Positions 22,482 to 33,189 of a stretch of DNA of 64,000 bases are shown here, piece after piece. Made by a program: the position numbers and the translations under genes. Positions within the stretch are counted from its first letter, which is position 1, and each line of letters opens with the position of its first letter. The stretch covers positions 800,001-864,000 of the forward strand of contig JBDRZU010000001.1 of assembly GCA_039804105.1 (NCBI GenBank), given 5' to 3'. Source of the DNA: a candidate division WOR-3 bacterium. Lineage in GTDB: Bacteria > Hydrothermota > 32-111. Below the pieces are notes generated by a model. The model made no database searches and had not been told where the DNA came from. It saw only the letters and a program-made list of their open reading frames with translations.

Positions 22482-23684
22482 TTATCCAGCAACAAGAGTT
22501 ATCATCTTAAACATCGGTAGATACATTGCGACCATCATTCCACCAACAACTGTTGCAAGAACAACCATTATAAGTGGTTCGAGTGCTGACATGAGTGCTT
22601 CAACAGCAGCATCAACCTCTTCATCGTAAAAATCAGCAACTTTTATAAGCATCGATTCAAGACCACCGGTTTCCTCTCCGATCCTGATCATCTGAACTAC
22701 CATCGGTGGAAACACCTTTTCTTTTGAAAGAGGAAGTGATATCGATTCACCTTCCTGTATCGCAGTTCTCGCTTTCAGTATCGCTGCTTCAACAATAACA
22801 TTTCCAGCGGTTTTTGCTGTTGTTTCAAGTGCTGAAATAATGTTAACACCTGAGGAAAGGAGTGTCGCAAGTGTTCGTGAAAACCTCGCAACAACCTGTT
22901 TTCTCTGTAGATCTCCAAAAACTGGTGCTCCGAGTGCAAGTTTATCAAAAAATACTCTACCCTGAGGAGTATTCTGAAAAGATTTTAAAGCGACTATGAT
23001 AATAACGATCGCGATTATAATGAAAACAATATTTTTTCGTAGAAAATTCGAAAGGTTAACAAGTATCGCTGTTGGAAGAGGTAATGTACCACCAAAACTT
23101 GTGAACATACCTGCAAAGATCGGAATAACAAATATCAACATAACTGCAACAGCAATAACCATAACAACACTTATTATAGCGGGATAAACCATCGCTCCCT
23201 TAATCTTTCTTGTTAGTGCCTCATTCTTTTCAAGGTACGTTGCAAGACGGCTTAAAATCGTTTCTAGTGCACCACCTTCCTCACCCGCTTTTACCATGTT
23301 CACATAGAGTTCAGAAAAAGCATTCTTATGTTTTCTCATAGCATCAGCGAGAGTAAGTCCACTTTCAACATCGCTTATCATTTCTGATAGGACTTTTTTA
23401 AAAGGTTTACTCTCTGTTTGCTCATGAAGAATTCTTAAACATTGCATCAATGGAAGACCTGCTGCTATCATCGTTGAGAATTGTCTTGTAAAAATAGAGA
23501 TAACCTTTGTTGGAATTCCTCCTCCTCCACCAATTTCTATCGATGTCCAATCCATACTCAAGGAAATTATCTGATAACCTTGTGCTTTTAAAATCTGTTC
23601 TGCTTTTTGCTTGTTCGGTGCTTCGATCGAATCTTCTTTTATCTTTCCATCTCTACCTTTTGCTTTGTATTTAAACTTTGCCAT
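22482..23684 (-). CDS. pilC: Type IV pilus platform protein
   Basis: FTRQFSTM.AGLP, AGEEGGAL, IGEETG, YLPMF. Confidence 0.95.
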   Translation of the reverse strand: MAKFKYKAKGRDGKIKEDSIEAPNKQKAEQILKAQGYQIISLSMDWTSIEIGGGGGIPTKVISIFTRQFSTMIAAGLPLMQCLRILHEQTESKPFKKVLSEMISDVESGLTLADAMRKHKNAFSELYVNMVKAGEEGGALETILSRLATYLEKNEALTRKIKGAMVYPAIISVVMVIAVAVMLIFVIPIFAGMFTSFGGTLPLPTAILVNLSNFLRKNIVFIIIAIVIIIVALKSFQNTPQGRVFFDKLALGAPVFGDLQRKQVVARFSRTLATLLSSGVNIISALETTAKTAGNVIVEAAILKARTAIQEGESISLPLSKEKVFPPMVVQMIRIGEETGGLESMLIKVADFYDEEVDAAVEALMSALEPLIMVVLATVVGGMMVAMYLPMFKMITLVAG

Positions 23685-23700
23685 CTATTCCCCCTTTTAA

Positions 23701-24792
23701 TTAAATATTAACATTTCCTGTCTTTCTATATTCAGCAAGCATCTTTTCAAGTTCTTCGGGCTCCTTCGAAGCAGCCATCATATTCTCAAGTGTAATCTGT
23801 CCTGTTCTATAGAGTTCAAACAACGCCTGGTTCATAGTCTGCATTCCATATTTTTTCCCTGCCTGTATCATAGAGTATATCTGGTGCACTTTGTCATCTC
23901 TTATCAACGCTTTTATTGCAGGTGTTCCAGCAAGTATCTCCATAGCCATCGCTCTTCCACCTCTTATCTTTGGAACAAGTGTTTGAGTCATTATAGCAAT
24001 TATAACAAAAGCGAGTTGTGCTCTGACCTGTCCCTGTTGTGCTTCAGGGAAAACATCTATGATACGGTTTATCGATTCTGCTGCTGAGTTTGTGTGTAGT
24101 GTGGCAAAAGTCAGGTGTCCGGTTTCAGATATAGTTAAAGCTGCCTGGATCGTTTCAAGATCTCTCATCTCACCTATCATCACAATATCAGGATCCTGTC
24201 TCAAAGCGTATTTTAAAGCACTCGCAAAAGATTTTGTATCAGAACCAACCTGTCGTTGGTTAACTATACATTTTTTATGTTTGAACAAGAATTCTATTGG
24301 ATCCTCAACAGTGATTATATGACTTCTTCTTTCCTGATTTATCTGATCTATCATTGCAGCAAGAGTTGTCGATTTTCCTGAACCGGTTGGACCTGTAACA
24401 AGTATTAGTCCTTTTGGTCTTTTTGCAAATTCTGATACTATTGGTGGTAACCCGAGTTCTTTGTATCCTTTTATTTCAAAAGGAATCTGTCTTAAAACCA
24501 TTGCAACATTTCCACGTTGTCTGAAAACATTTCCTCTGAATCTTGAAAGGTTTGGAACAGAAATCGAAAGATCAAGTTCCCAGTTCTGTTCAAATGTTTT
24601 CTTCTGCTGATCGTTTAAAACAGAATATGCTAACTGTTCACAATCCTGTGGTTTTAAAACATCATAGTTCATTGGAACAATCTCTCCATCGATTCTTATA
24701 CATGGAGGTAGTCCTGCTGTTATATGTAAATCTGATGCTTTTCTTTCAACCATCTCAGTTAAAAGTTGAACTATTGAAGGTAAAGGTGACAT
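23701..24792 (-). CDS. pilT: Pilus retraction ATPase
   Basis: ASDLH, GPTGSGKSTT, LRQDPD, TLHT, AIKALIRD, GMQTM. Confidence 0.96.
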   Translation of the reverse strand: MSPLPSIVQLLTEMVERKASDLHITAGLPPCIRIDGEIVPMNYDVLKPQDCEQLAYSVLNDQQKKTFEQNWELDLSISVPNLSRFRGNVFRQRGNVAMVLRQIPFEIKGYKELGLPPIVSEFAKRPKGLILVTGPTGSGKSTTLAAMIDQINQERRSHIITVEDPIEFLFKHKKCIVNQRQVGSDTKSFASALKYALRQDPDIVMIGEMRDLETIQAALTISETGHLTFATLHTNSAAESINRIIDVFPEAQQGQVRAQLAFVIIAIMTQTLVPKIRGGRAMAMEILAGTPAIKALIRDDKVHQIYSMIQAGKKYGMQTMNQALFELYRTGQITLENMMAASKEPEELEKMLAEYRKTGNVNI

Positions 24793-24803
24793 CTATAAAC
24801 CTC

Positions 24804-26567
24804 CTATTCCATTACAGCTGTTTCTCTTATAACCTCTTCTATCGTCGTTAAACCTTTTTTGACTTTTATCAAAGCATCGTCTCTTAAAGTTTTCATCCCT
24901 TCTTTTTTCGCCTGTTCTCTCAATTCAGCAGTTGATGCTCTGGCTAAAATCATCTCTCTGAGTTTGGGAGAGATAGGCATAACCTCTGTTACAGCCAATC
25001 TTCCCTTATAACCCTTTCCACCGCAGAAATCACAACCATCTCCCTTTTCATAAACCTGATGACCTTTCAAAATGAGAGGATCTATTCCATAATCTCTTAA
25101 TGTCTCCTCATCATAAACGATAGGCTTTCTACATTTCTCACACACCTTTCTGAGCAACCTCTGTGCCTGAATCAAATTTAAAGCAGCTGAAACAAGAAAC
25201 GGTTCAATTCCCATATCTATCAATCTGTTTACTGTTGAAGGTGAATCGTTTGTGTGAATCGTTGAAACAACAAGATGACCTGTGAGTGCTGCTCTTATTG
25301 CAATTTCTGCTGTTTCTGTATCTCTTATCTCTCCAACGAGTATCACATTTGGTGATTGTCTCAAAAATGCTCTTAGAGCTGATGCAAAAGTGAAACCAAT
25401 ATCTGGGTTGACCTGAACCTGATTTATTCCGTAAAGGTTATACTCTATTGGATCCTCTGCTGTCATTATCTGTATATCTGGTGTGTTCAGAGATGATAAA
25501 GCAGAATACAAAGTTGTTGATTTTCCTGAACCTGTTGGTCCTGTAACAAGAACTATTCCATAAGGTTTATGTATAGCTGCCTGGAATTTTTCGAGGTTGT
25601 CTGGCTCAAATCCAAGTTTTGTCATTTCAAGTTGTAATGCTGATTTATCAAGTATTCTCATAACAACCTTTTCTCCAAAAAGCACAGGTATTATTGAAAC
25701 TCTAAGGTCTATCTGTTTATCATAAACCTTCAACCTTATTCTCCCATCCTGAGGAATATTGTGAACAGCGATGTCAAGTTCTGACATCAGTTTTATTCTA
25801 GAAACGATTCCAGCTTTCAGTTCATATGGGGGTCTTATAAGTTCAGTTAAAACACCATCAACTCTAAGTCGTACTCTTAAATAATTTTCAAATGGTTCTA
25901 TATGTATATCGGATGCTTTTAGCTCAACCGCCTTTGTAAATATATAGTTTACAATTTTGACAACCGGCTTATCCTCTGCTGCTGAAGCACCATCGATAAC
26001 CATCTCTTTTGAGTCGGCTTCTCCAACAACCTCCACATCATCATCTCCAAGAGAAATATCCTCATCTATATCAAGGTTAACTTCTTCATCAATATCAAGA
26101 TCAATATCTATATCATCCTCTTCAGAAAACTCACTCACCTGTGTTTGTGCTTCCCTGTATTTACCAAGTGCTTTTTGGAGTGAATTTTCAGTGGTAACAA
26201 CAGGAATAACATCGAGTCCTGTTTTGAATTTGACATCATCTATAGCGTTAAGATTTGCGGGATTTACCATAGCAAGAAAGAGCATATTACCGGTTTTCTT
26301 ATATGGTATCATCATATGTTTTGTTGCAAGTTCCTCTGGTATCAGATTCAAAATCTGAATAGGTATATCCTCTTTATCTATCAGGATAAATTCGGTTTTA
26401 AAATATTTTGCAAGAAATTTTGCGATTTTCTCTTCAGTTGAAAAACCTAAACTTACAACCGACTTGATAAAAGATTCCCCTGTCTCTTTCTGTCTTTCGA
26501 ATACCTTTCCAACCTGTTCCCTGTTCAAAATTCCTGCTGAAGTGAAAAGATTGGCAAGTGTTTGCAT
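24804..26567 (-). CDS. pilB: Pilus assembly ATPase PilB, copy 2 (degenerate MshEN)
   Basis: ASDIHIEP, PQDGRI, GPTGSGKST, GEIRD, tetra-Cys Zn motif. Confidence 0.92.
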   Translation of the reverse strand: MQTLANLFTSAGILNREQVGKVFERQKETGESFIKSVVSLGFSTEEKIAKFLAKYFKTEFILIDKEDIPIQILNLIPEELATKHMMIPYKKTGNMLFLAMVNPANLNAIDDVKFKTGLDVIPVVTTENSLQKALGKYREAQTQVSEFSEEDDIDIDLDIDEEVNLDIDEDISLGDDDVEVVGEADSKEMVIDGASAAEDKPVVKIVNYIFTKAVELKASDIHIEPFENYLRVRLRVDGVLTELIRPPYELKAGIVSRIKLMSELDIAVHNIPQDGRIRLKVYDKQIDLRVSIIPVLFGEKVVMRILDKSALQLEMTKLGFEPDNLEKFQAAIHKPYGIVLVTGPTGSGKSTTLYSALSSLNTPDIQIMTAEDPIEYNLYGINQVQVNPDIGFTFASALRAFLRQSPNVILVGEIRDTETAEIAIRAALTGHLVVSTIHTNDSPSTVNRLIDMGIEPFLVSAALNLIQAQRLLRKVCEKCRKPIVYDEETLRDYGIDPLILKGHQVYEKGDGCDFCGGKGYKGRLAVTEVMPISPKLREMILARASTAELREQAKKEGMKTLRDDALIKVKKGLTTIEEVIRETAVME

Positions 26568-26568
26568 A

Positions 26569-28299
26569 CTACCTTAAAGCGGTCTCCTTTACAACCTCAA
26601 GTATATCTGTTACACCCTGTTTCAGTTTTCTTAAAGCAACCTCTCTCATAGTTACCAATCCGTTTTCTATAGCAATTTTTTCAAGATCATCTGTTGTTAA
26701 TTTTTTCATTATCGCTTTTCTTATTTCAGGTGTTATATCCATAACCTCAAAGATTCCAACCATTCCTTTATAGCCCGTTCCACCACATTTTTCACATCCA
26801 GCACCTTTATAAAGTTTTGCTCCTCCGATCTCCTCGGGTGAAAAACCAAGACGTTTCAATTCTTCATCAGATATGTTATGTGGAATTTTACAATTTTCAC
26901 AGATCCTTCTCAACAATCTCTGTGATACTATACAGTTTACAGTTGAAGAGATCAAAAATGGTTCAACACCCATGTTTATCAACCTCGTTATAGTTCCTGA
27001 GGTAGAATTCGTGTGAACCGATGATAGGACAAGGTGTCCTGTGAGTGATGCTCTTATCGCGATTTCTGCTGTTTCTCGATCTCTTATCTCTCCAACCATT
27101 ATAACATTTGGATCCTGCCTGAGATATGCTCTTAACGCTGATGCAAAAGTTAAACCGACCGACTCTGCAACCTGTAACTGGTTCACTCCATCGAGTGAAA
27201 ACTCAACAGGATCCTCTGCTGTTGTTATGTTTATTTCTGGACTATTTATCTTTGAAAGACATGTGTAAAGTGTTGTTGTTTTTCCTGAACCTGTTGGACC
27301 GGTTATCAAGATTATACCAACAGGGTTTCTTAGTGATTTCATCAATTTTTTTTCAAGATCTGGATCAAATCCTAATTTATCAAATTCAAAATCAACCTTT
27401 TCCCTGTCAAGGATTCTCATCGCAACCTTTTCACCATACATAGTGGGAACCGTAGCAACACGGATATCTATTGGTTTTCCATGAACTTTAACCTTTATTC
27501 TTCCATCCTGAGGTAATCTCGCTTCTTGGAGTTTCATATGAGCCATAACTTTTATTCTTGAAACGATCGATTTTCTGAATTGCCATTTTGGAGGATTTTC
27601 AATCGGTCTTAAAACACCATCTATCCTGTATCTTATCCTTAATGACTGATCGTATGGCTCAATATGTATATCTGAGGCACCTTCTTCAACAGCTTTTGTA
27701 ATCAGGTTGTTTACTATTTTGACTATTGGCCCACTATCCACAGATGCAGCAAGATCACTTACAACCTCATCTGCCTTTTCATTTTCATCCTTTTTTATGA
27801 CTTCAACATTCTCTTCAACTATATCGTTCAGATCGATATTATCCAAATCATCAATATCAACTTCAACATCGTCCTCTTCTGGATAATACCTGTTGATGAA
27901 TTCAAGTATCGATCTTTCGGATGATATCAAAGGAATGATCGTGTGTGCAATTGTAAACTGAATATCCTGTATCACAAACATATCCGCAGGGTTAGCCATT
28001 GCAAGATAAAGAGTTTTTCCCTCTCTTCTAACGGGAAAAATCGTATGTTGTCTTGCAAGTTTTCCAGGTATTATCTGAAGCAAAGATTCATCAACTTGAA
28101 TCTCTTCAAGATTCACAGCCTGAACTTTGTACTGTTTTGAAAGAAATTCTATAAGTTTTTTTTCTGATGTATATCCGAGTTCAACAAGAACAGTCCCTAA
28201 CTTTTTGTTTGTTTGTTTTTGAACTTTTAATGCTTCATTTAGTTGCTGATTGTTTATGATCCCAGCATTTATTAAAAGTTCTCCTAATTTTTCAGCCAT
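26569..28299 (-). CDS. pilB: Pilus assembly ATPase PilB, copy 1 (MshEN-like N-terminus)
   Basis: KLGELLINAGII..QQL..AL..Q..KLG.VLV.LG; GPTGSGKTT; tetra-Cys Zn motif. Confidence 0.92.
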   Translation of the reverse strand: MAEKLGELLINAGIINNQQLNEALKVQKQTNKKLGTVLVELGYTSEKKLIEFLSKQYKVQAVNLEEIQVDESLLQIIPGKLARQHTIFPVRREGKTLYLAMANPADMFVIQDIQFTIAHTIIPLISSERSILEFINRYYPEEDDVEVDIDDLDNIDLNDIVEENVEVIKKDENEKADEVVSDLAASVDSGPIVKIVNNLITKAVEEGASDIHIEPYDQSLRIRYRIDGVLRPIENPPKWQFRKSIVSRIKVMAHMKLQEARLPQDGRIKVKVHGKPIDIRVATVPTMYGEKVAMRILDREKVDFEFDKLGFDPDLEKKLMKSLRNPVGIILITGPTGSGKTTTLYTCLSKINSPEINITTAEDPVEFSLDGVNQLQVAESVGLTFASALRAYLRQDPNVIMVGEIRDRETAEIAIRASLTGHLVLSSVHTNSTSGTITRLINMGVEPFLISSTVNCIVSQRLLRRICENCKIPHNISDEELKRLGFSPEEIGGAKLYKGAGCEKCGGTGYKGMVGIFEVMDITPEIRKAIMKKLTTDDLEKIAIENGLVTMREVALRKLKQGVTDILEVVKETALR

Positions 28300-28306
28300 A
28301 CATTAA

Positions 28307-28334
28307 ATTTTATTATTTTATTTTTTTAAGTCAA
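28307..28334 (-). promoter_or_regulatory. sigma70-like promoter, probably leaderless, for the pilB operon; -35 lies inside the pyrG 3' end
   Basis: TTGACT-N16-TAAAAT-N7-ATG, no SD. Confidence 0.6.
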
Positions 28335-30072
28335 GTTTTAATTTCAAAGATGCTCTTACAAAACCAAAAAACAATGGGGATGGAGAGAATATTGTTGATC
28401 TGAATTCAGGATGTGATTGTGTCGCAACAAAGTATCTATGATTTTTTAATTCGATAAACTCCATCAACTTTTCATCTTTTGAAACATTATGATATCCAGA
28501 AAAAATTATTCCATTTTTTTCCAGTATTTCAACAAATTGATTGTTTACCTCATACCTGTGTCTGTGTCTTTCAAGAATAACCGGTTTATCATTTTCAAGG
28601 TAACCAAGACGAAATCTATTCTCCTTATCTTTTTTCAAGATTTCAATATAATACTTATCTTCATCTATCCTTCCTGTTTCTTCATACAATTTGTAAACAA
28701 GAGTTCCTTTTAAAAGATGTGCAGCGTAAGCACCAAGTCTCATCGTTCCACCATACCTTGATTCTTTGATCACATTTTTTTGATTTTCAATGAAGTGGAT
28801 TACGGGATATTTTGTATCAGGATCGATCTCAACAGAATTCGCATTTTCAAGTTTGCACACATTTCTTGCAAATTCAACTATAGCAAGTTGCATTCCAAAA
28901 CATAGACCAAGATATGGAATATTGTTCTCTCTTGCAAATCTTATAACTTTTATTTTACCCTCAACACCATCTTTCCCAAAGCCACCCGGAACAATGAATC
29001 CATTATATTTTTTAAGATCCTTTTTATCAATTTTCCCATTCTCAACATCCTGTGCTGAAATCCAATCAATTTTTACACCACAACCATTTTTCGCACCAGA
29101 ATGCTCCAATGCCTGTGCAACAGAAATGTATGAATCTTTTAAAGAAAATTCCCCTATATCGATATATTTCCCAACCATCGCAACATTGATAATATTTTTG
29201 GGATTCTCAATTATGTTGACAGTTTTTTCAAGAAAATTCCAATCAGGTTTTTTTCTTGCTCTCAACGAAAACTCTTTTAAAATCTTTTTTCCGAGTTCAT
29301 CCTTTTCAAAATTTAAAGGAACCCTGTAAAGTGTATCAATATCTGGAGCTGAAATAACATGTTCTGAATCTATGTTAGCATATATCTCGATTTTTTTCTT
29401 TCTCACACTATCGAGAGGTTCCTTTGCACGACAAAGAATAAAATTCGGAAATATTCCATGTTCTGAGAGAAGCTTTATTGCCTGTTGTGTTGGTTTAGTT
29501 TTCATCTCTCCTATATGTTTGGGGGTTGGAAGATAAGTTATAAGAACATATTTTACATTCTCTTCTCCTATCTCCCTTTCAAGTGATTTAACAGCAAACA
29601 GATAGGGGATATTTTCATAATCCCCTATCGTTCCACCGATTTCTATCAAAACAAATTCATATCCATTTCCTATCTCTTTGATCCTTCTTTTTATCTCATC
29701 AGAAATGTGTGGTATGAGTTGGACCGTTTGCCCTAAAAATCTACCTTTCCTTTCATCTTCAATAACTTTTGAGTAGACCTGTCCCGTTGTTATGTTATTT
29801 TTTTTACTGAAATGTTGATTTAAAAATCTTTCATAGTTTCCAAGATCCTGATCTATTTCACCACCATCATCTGTTACCCATACCTCACCATGCTCTGTAG
29901 GTCTTAAAGTTCCAGCATCAAAATTTATGTATGGATCAATCTTTATAGTTGTAACCTTGTATCCATAATTTTTAAGTATCATCCCTATTGATGCTGTCGC
30001 TATACCTTTTCCAACACCACTTAAAACTCCTCCTGTCACAACTATAAATTTAGGAAATTTATTCTTTTTCAT
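28318..30072 (-). CDS. pyrG: CTP synthase
   Basis: TGGVLSGVGKG, KTKPTQ, GLCFGMQ, ERHRHRYE, HPE. Confidence 0.97.
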   Translation of the reverse strand: MKKNKFPKFIVVTGGVLSGVGKGIATASIGMILKNYGYKVTTIKIDPYINFDAGTLRPTEHGEVWVTDDGGEIDQDLGNYERFLNQHFSKKNNITTGQVYSKVIEDERKGRFLGQTVQLIPHISDEIKRRIKEIGNGYEFVLIEIGGTIGDYENIPYLFAVKSLEREIGEENVKYVLITYLPTPKHIGEMKTKPTQQAIKLLSEHGIFPNFILCRAKEPLDSVRKKKIEIYANIDSEHVISAPDIDTLYRVPLNFEKDELGKKILKEFSLRARKKPDWNFLEKTVNIIENPKNIINVAMVGKYIDIGEFSLKDSYISVAQALEHSGAKNGCGVKIDWISAQDVENGKIDKKDLKKYNGFIVPGGFGKDGVEGKIKVIRFARENNIPYLGLCFGMQLAIVEFARNVCKLENANSVEIDPDTKYPVIHFIENQKNVIKESRYGGTMRLGAYAAHLLKGTLVYKLYEETGRIDEDKYYIEILKKDKENRFRLGYLENDKPVILERHRHRYEVNNQFVEILEKNGIIFSGYHNVSKDEKLMEFIELKNHRYFVATQSHPEFRSTIFSPSPLFFGFVRASLKLKLDLKK

Positions 30073-30079
30073 AATCGAC

Positions 30080-31693
30080 CTACTCTGTCTTATCTGTAAA
30101 AATTATTCTTCTCTTTTCCACATCGATATCGACAACTTTAAGTTCAATTTCACTATCTTTTGCATACTCGTTTGAAAGGTTCTCAGATTGTTTTGCTATC
30201 AACCTCTGTGGAATGAGCCCCTTTACTCCATCATCAAGTGTAACATAAATACTCTTATCCTTTATCTCACTTATTTTTCCTTTTACTATATCTCCTTCTC
30301 GATAGTTCTCGATAGGATCCTTTTGAAGTTGTTTTATACCGAGAGAGATCCTCTGTTTTTCGTTATCGATGTTGACAACAACACATTCGACCTCATCACC
30401 AACTTTATAAAGATCTTCAATTTTTGAAACTTTGTTATCCCAGGAGATGTTTGAAATGTGTAAAAGGCCTTCTATTCCAGGTGATATTTCAACGAATGCA
30501 CCAAACTTTTGAATCTTTGTGATCTTTCCTTTAATCTTTTGACCTACACTTATACTATCATAAGGATTATCACTCAACTGTTTTAAACCTAAAGATATCC
30601 TTTCATTTTTTTTATCTATGCTCAAAACTATCGCTTCAACAGTATCTCCCACTTGCATTATCTCTTGTGGTTTTTTCACATGTTGTGTCCAAGACATTTC
30701 AGAGATGTGAATCAAGCCCTCAACACCTTTTTCGATTTCAACAAAAGCTCCATAATCCTCTATTGAAACGACCTTTCCTTTAACTCTACTTCCAACTGGA
30801 TATTTTTCTTCAATGTTTTCCCAAGGATATGGAGTCAACTGTTTCATACCAAGATTGATCCTTCCTTTTTCTCTATTGATCGCTGTTATAACAACTTTGA
30901 CCTTTTCATTCAAACTCAAAAGTTCTGAAGGATGAACCAATCTTCCCCATGACATATCGGTTATATACAAAAGTCCATCAACTCCCTTCTCAATTTCGAT
31001 GAAAGCACCAAAATCTGTGATGTTTTTTACTATACCTTCAACAACATCACCAACTTTCAGATTGTTTAAGAATTCAAACTTTTTACTTTCTTTTTCACTC
31101 TCAAGAATTAATCTTCGCGAAACAACTATGTTTCTCCTCTTATAGTTTAACTTTATAACCCTAAACTCTGTTTTTAGACCAATAAGAGAATTCATATCCT
31201 CAACAGGTTGAAGATCTATCTGTGAACCAGGTAAAAACGCTTCAACACCCATAAGATCAACGATCATTCCTCCTTTAACCTGTTTTTTGATTATTCCAGT
31301 TATGTTTGTTCCCTTTTCATACGATTCATTTATTTTAGGCCAGATATTGATAAACTGTGCCTTTTTAAGAGATATGTCAGCAAAGCCATCCTCATTTTCA
31401 AATGCTTCGAGAAAAACTGGAACTATATCTCCGACTTTAACCTTTTCTGGTTCACTGAAATCTGAAAGAGGTATAACACCTTCAGATTTTAAACCAACTT
31501 CTATGATAACATCTTTGTCAGTTATTCTGACTACTCTTCCGTTAACAACCCTTGACTGTTCATCCTCATCCTTTTTCGAGAAAATATCAAGATCATAACT
31601 TTTGAATGAATCATCATAGAGTTTTTTCATCTTCTCTGCAGAAAGATCTCTGTTAATGATGATTTCGACCGATTCATTTCTTTTGTCTTCCAT
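30080..31693 (-). CDS. rpsA: 30S ribosomal protein S1
   Basis: Multiple S1 repeats (AFLPGSQID, DFGAFIE, GLIHISEMSW). Confidence 0.96.
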   Translation of the reverse strand: MEDKRNESVEIIINRDLSAEKMKKLYDDSFKSYDLDIFSKKDEDEQSRVVNGRVVRITDKDVIIEVGLKSEGVIPLSDFSEPEKVKVGDIVPVFLEAFENEDGFADISLKKAQFINIWPKINESYEKGTNITGIIKKQVKGGMIVDLMGVEAFLPGSQIDLQPVEDMNSLIGLKTEFRVIKLNYKRRNIVVSRRLILESEKESKKFEFLNNLKVGDVVEGIVKNITDFGAFIEIEKGVDGLLYITDMSWGRLVHPSELLSLNEKVKVVITAINREKGRINLGMKQLTPYPWENIEEKYPVGSRVKGKVVSIEDYGAFVEIEKGVEGLIHISEMSWTQHVKKPQEIMQVGDTVEAIVLSIDKKNERISLGLKQLSDNPYDSISVGQKIKGKITKIQKFGAFVEISPGIEGLLHISNISWDNKVSKIEDLYKVGDEVECVVVNIDNEKQRISLGIKQLQKDPIENYREGDIVKGKISEIKDKSIYVTLDDGVKGLIPQRLIAKQSENLSNEYAKDSEIELKVVDIDVEKRRIIFTDKTE

Positions 31694-32558
31694 TTTTCTT
31701 TTCCTCCTTATCTATTTTTTTTAGATATTTTTTTACATCATCAATTATCCAATCAGGTGTTGAAGCACCTGCTACTATTCCTATTTTTTCACTTTTTAAA
31801 ATTTTGCTCTTTAAACCTCCGAGTTCTTTTGATGTTTCAATATGGAATGTATTTTTATTCAGTAGTGAACATATCTGATACAACCTTTTTGTGTTTCCGC
31901 TATTTTTTCCACCGATTACAAGCATAAGATCGACCTTTTTCGCAACATCTATCGCTGATTTCTGTCTTAAAGATGTTGCATTGCAAATAGTATTAACAAC
32001 ATATATCTCCTTAAAATCCTCCATCAGTTCGTTCACGATCTCCTTGAACTTTTCAAGTGATTGGGTTGTTTGAGATATTATTCCAATCTTTTTGGCTTTC
32101 GTGTTAAAAAGATTCTTTACATCCTCTTTCTTTTCAACCACAATACCTTTGTTGTCTATCTGACTGTTGATCGCGAGGACTTCTGGATGATCTTTTTCCC
32201 CAAATATAACAACCTGATAACCTTCATTGAAAAGTTTTATAGCATAGTTGTGTGCGTTTGCAACAAATGGACATGTTGCATCAATATATTCGATTTTTTT
32301 TCTTTTTATCTTTTCTAAAAGTTTTTTTTCAATACCATGTGTTCTCAAAATTAATTTTCCATCTTTCATCTCTGAAACATCGTTTAAAGGGAAGATACTT
32401 TTTTCTTTCAAACTCTCAACGACCTGGGGATTATGAATGATCGGGCCAAGAGTGTATAAAGGTTTCTCTTTTGAATCCTTCTCAAGATCTTCAATTATTT
32501 TCATCGCTCTTTTAACACCAAAACAGAATCCAGAGTTTTTAGCAACTATGATTTTCAT
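31674..32558 (-). CDS. ispH: 4-hydroxy-3-methylbut-2-enyl diphosphate reductase
   Basis: GFCFGV, IIHN, DATCP, TICNAT, AGASTP. Confidence 0.97.
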   Translation of the reverse strand: MKIIVAKNSGFCFGVKRAMKIIEDLEKDSKEKPLYTLGPIIHNPQVVESLKEKSIFPLNDVSEMKDGKLILRTHGIEKKLLEKIKRKKIEYIDATCPFVANAHNYAIKLFNEGYQVVIFGEKDHPEVLAINSQIDNKGIVVEKKEDVKNLFNTKAKKIGIISQTTQSLEKFKEIVNELMEDFKEIYVVNTICNATSLRQKSAIDVAKKVDLMLVIGGKNSGNTKRLYQICSLLNKNTFHIETSKELGGLKSKILKSEKIGIVAGASTPDWIIDDVKKYLKKIDKEEKKNGRQKK

Positions 32559-33189
32559 TTTCAAGCCTCTCGATTTCTTTCATTATTATTGAAGTTACGA
32601 TCTTTGAATTTTTTGAATTTGGAGGTAAATCTGGCAAAACTATTGGTTCTCCAACGATCAACTCGATTCTATCCAACCTTAAAAGTTGTCTTAAAAATGG
32701 CTTGTCAGTATTCTTTAAAAATATTGGAATGATCTTGGCTTTACTTTTTAAAGCAATATACCCTACACCGCTTTTTCCTTCAAGAAGTTTATCTGTCTTG
32801 TTCCTTGTTCCTTCTGGAAATATTACAAGATAATTCTCTTTTTCAAGCGCTTCGAGTGCCTGTTTTATTGCTGTTGCATCCATACCCGTTCTGTCAAGCG
32901 GAATCGCATGCAACAGTTTTAATATTTTTGTAAAAAATGGATTTATCTGGAACAACTCTTTTTTTGCAAGAAGATAGACATCAAAACTTCTTCTAAAAGA
33001 ATAAGCAAAAGTACCAACAAGTGGTGGATCGTTAAAAGATCTATGGTTGGCAACCAGAATTAATTTTCTTTCTTTTAACTTTATTTTACCTTTAACTTTT
33101 GTACCAAGTAAAAAATGGTAATAGAAATTGGCAAGGAAATATATAAAGTTATACGCCTGCCTTGCGCTTCTTCGCCTCCTGGATAACAA
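32539..33189 (-). CDS. plsC: 1-acyl-sn-glycerol-3-phosphate acyltransferase (start uncertain)
   Basis: NHRSFND, AKKELF, FPEGTR; the only start found is a TTG inside cmk. Confidence 0.88.
   Translation of the reverse strand: MLSRRRRSARQAYNFIYFLANFYYHFLLGTKVKGKIKLKERKLILVANHRSFNDPPLVGTFAYSFRRSFDVYLLAKKELFQINPFFTKILKLLHAIPLDRTGMDATAIKQALEALEKENYLVIFPEGTRNKTDKLLEGKSGVGYIALKSKAKIIPIFLKNTDKPFLRQLLRLDRIELIVGEPIVLPDLPPNSKNSKIVTSIIMKEIERLENENHSC

Noticed and set aside
26030..26130. Low-complexity DNA repeat in pilB copy 2
   Set aside because: It encodes the acidic D/E/I linker; not an independent element
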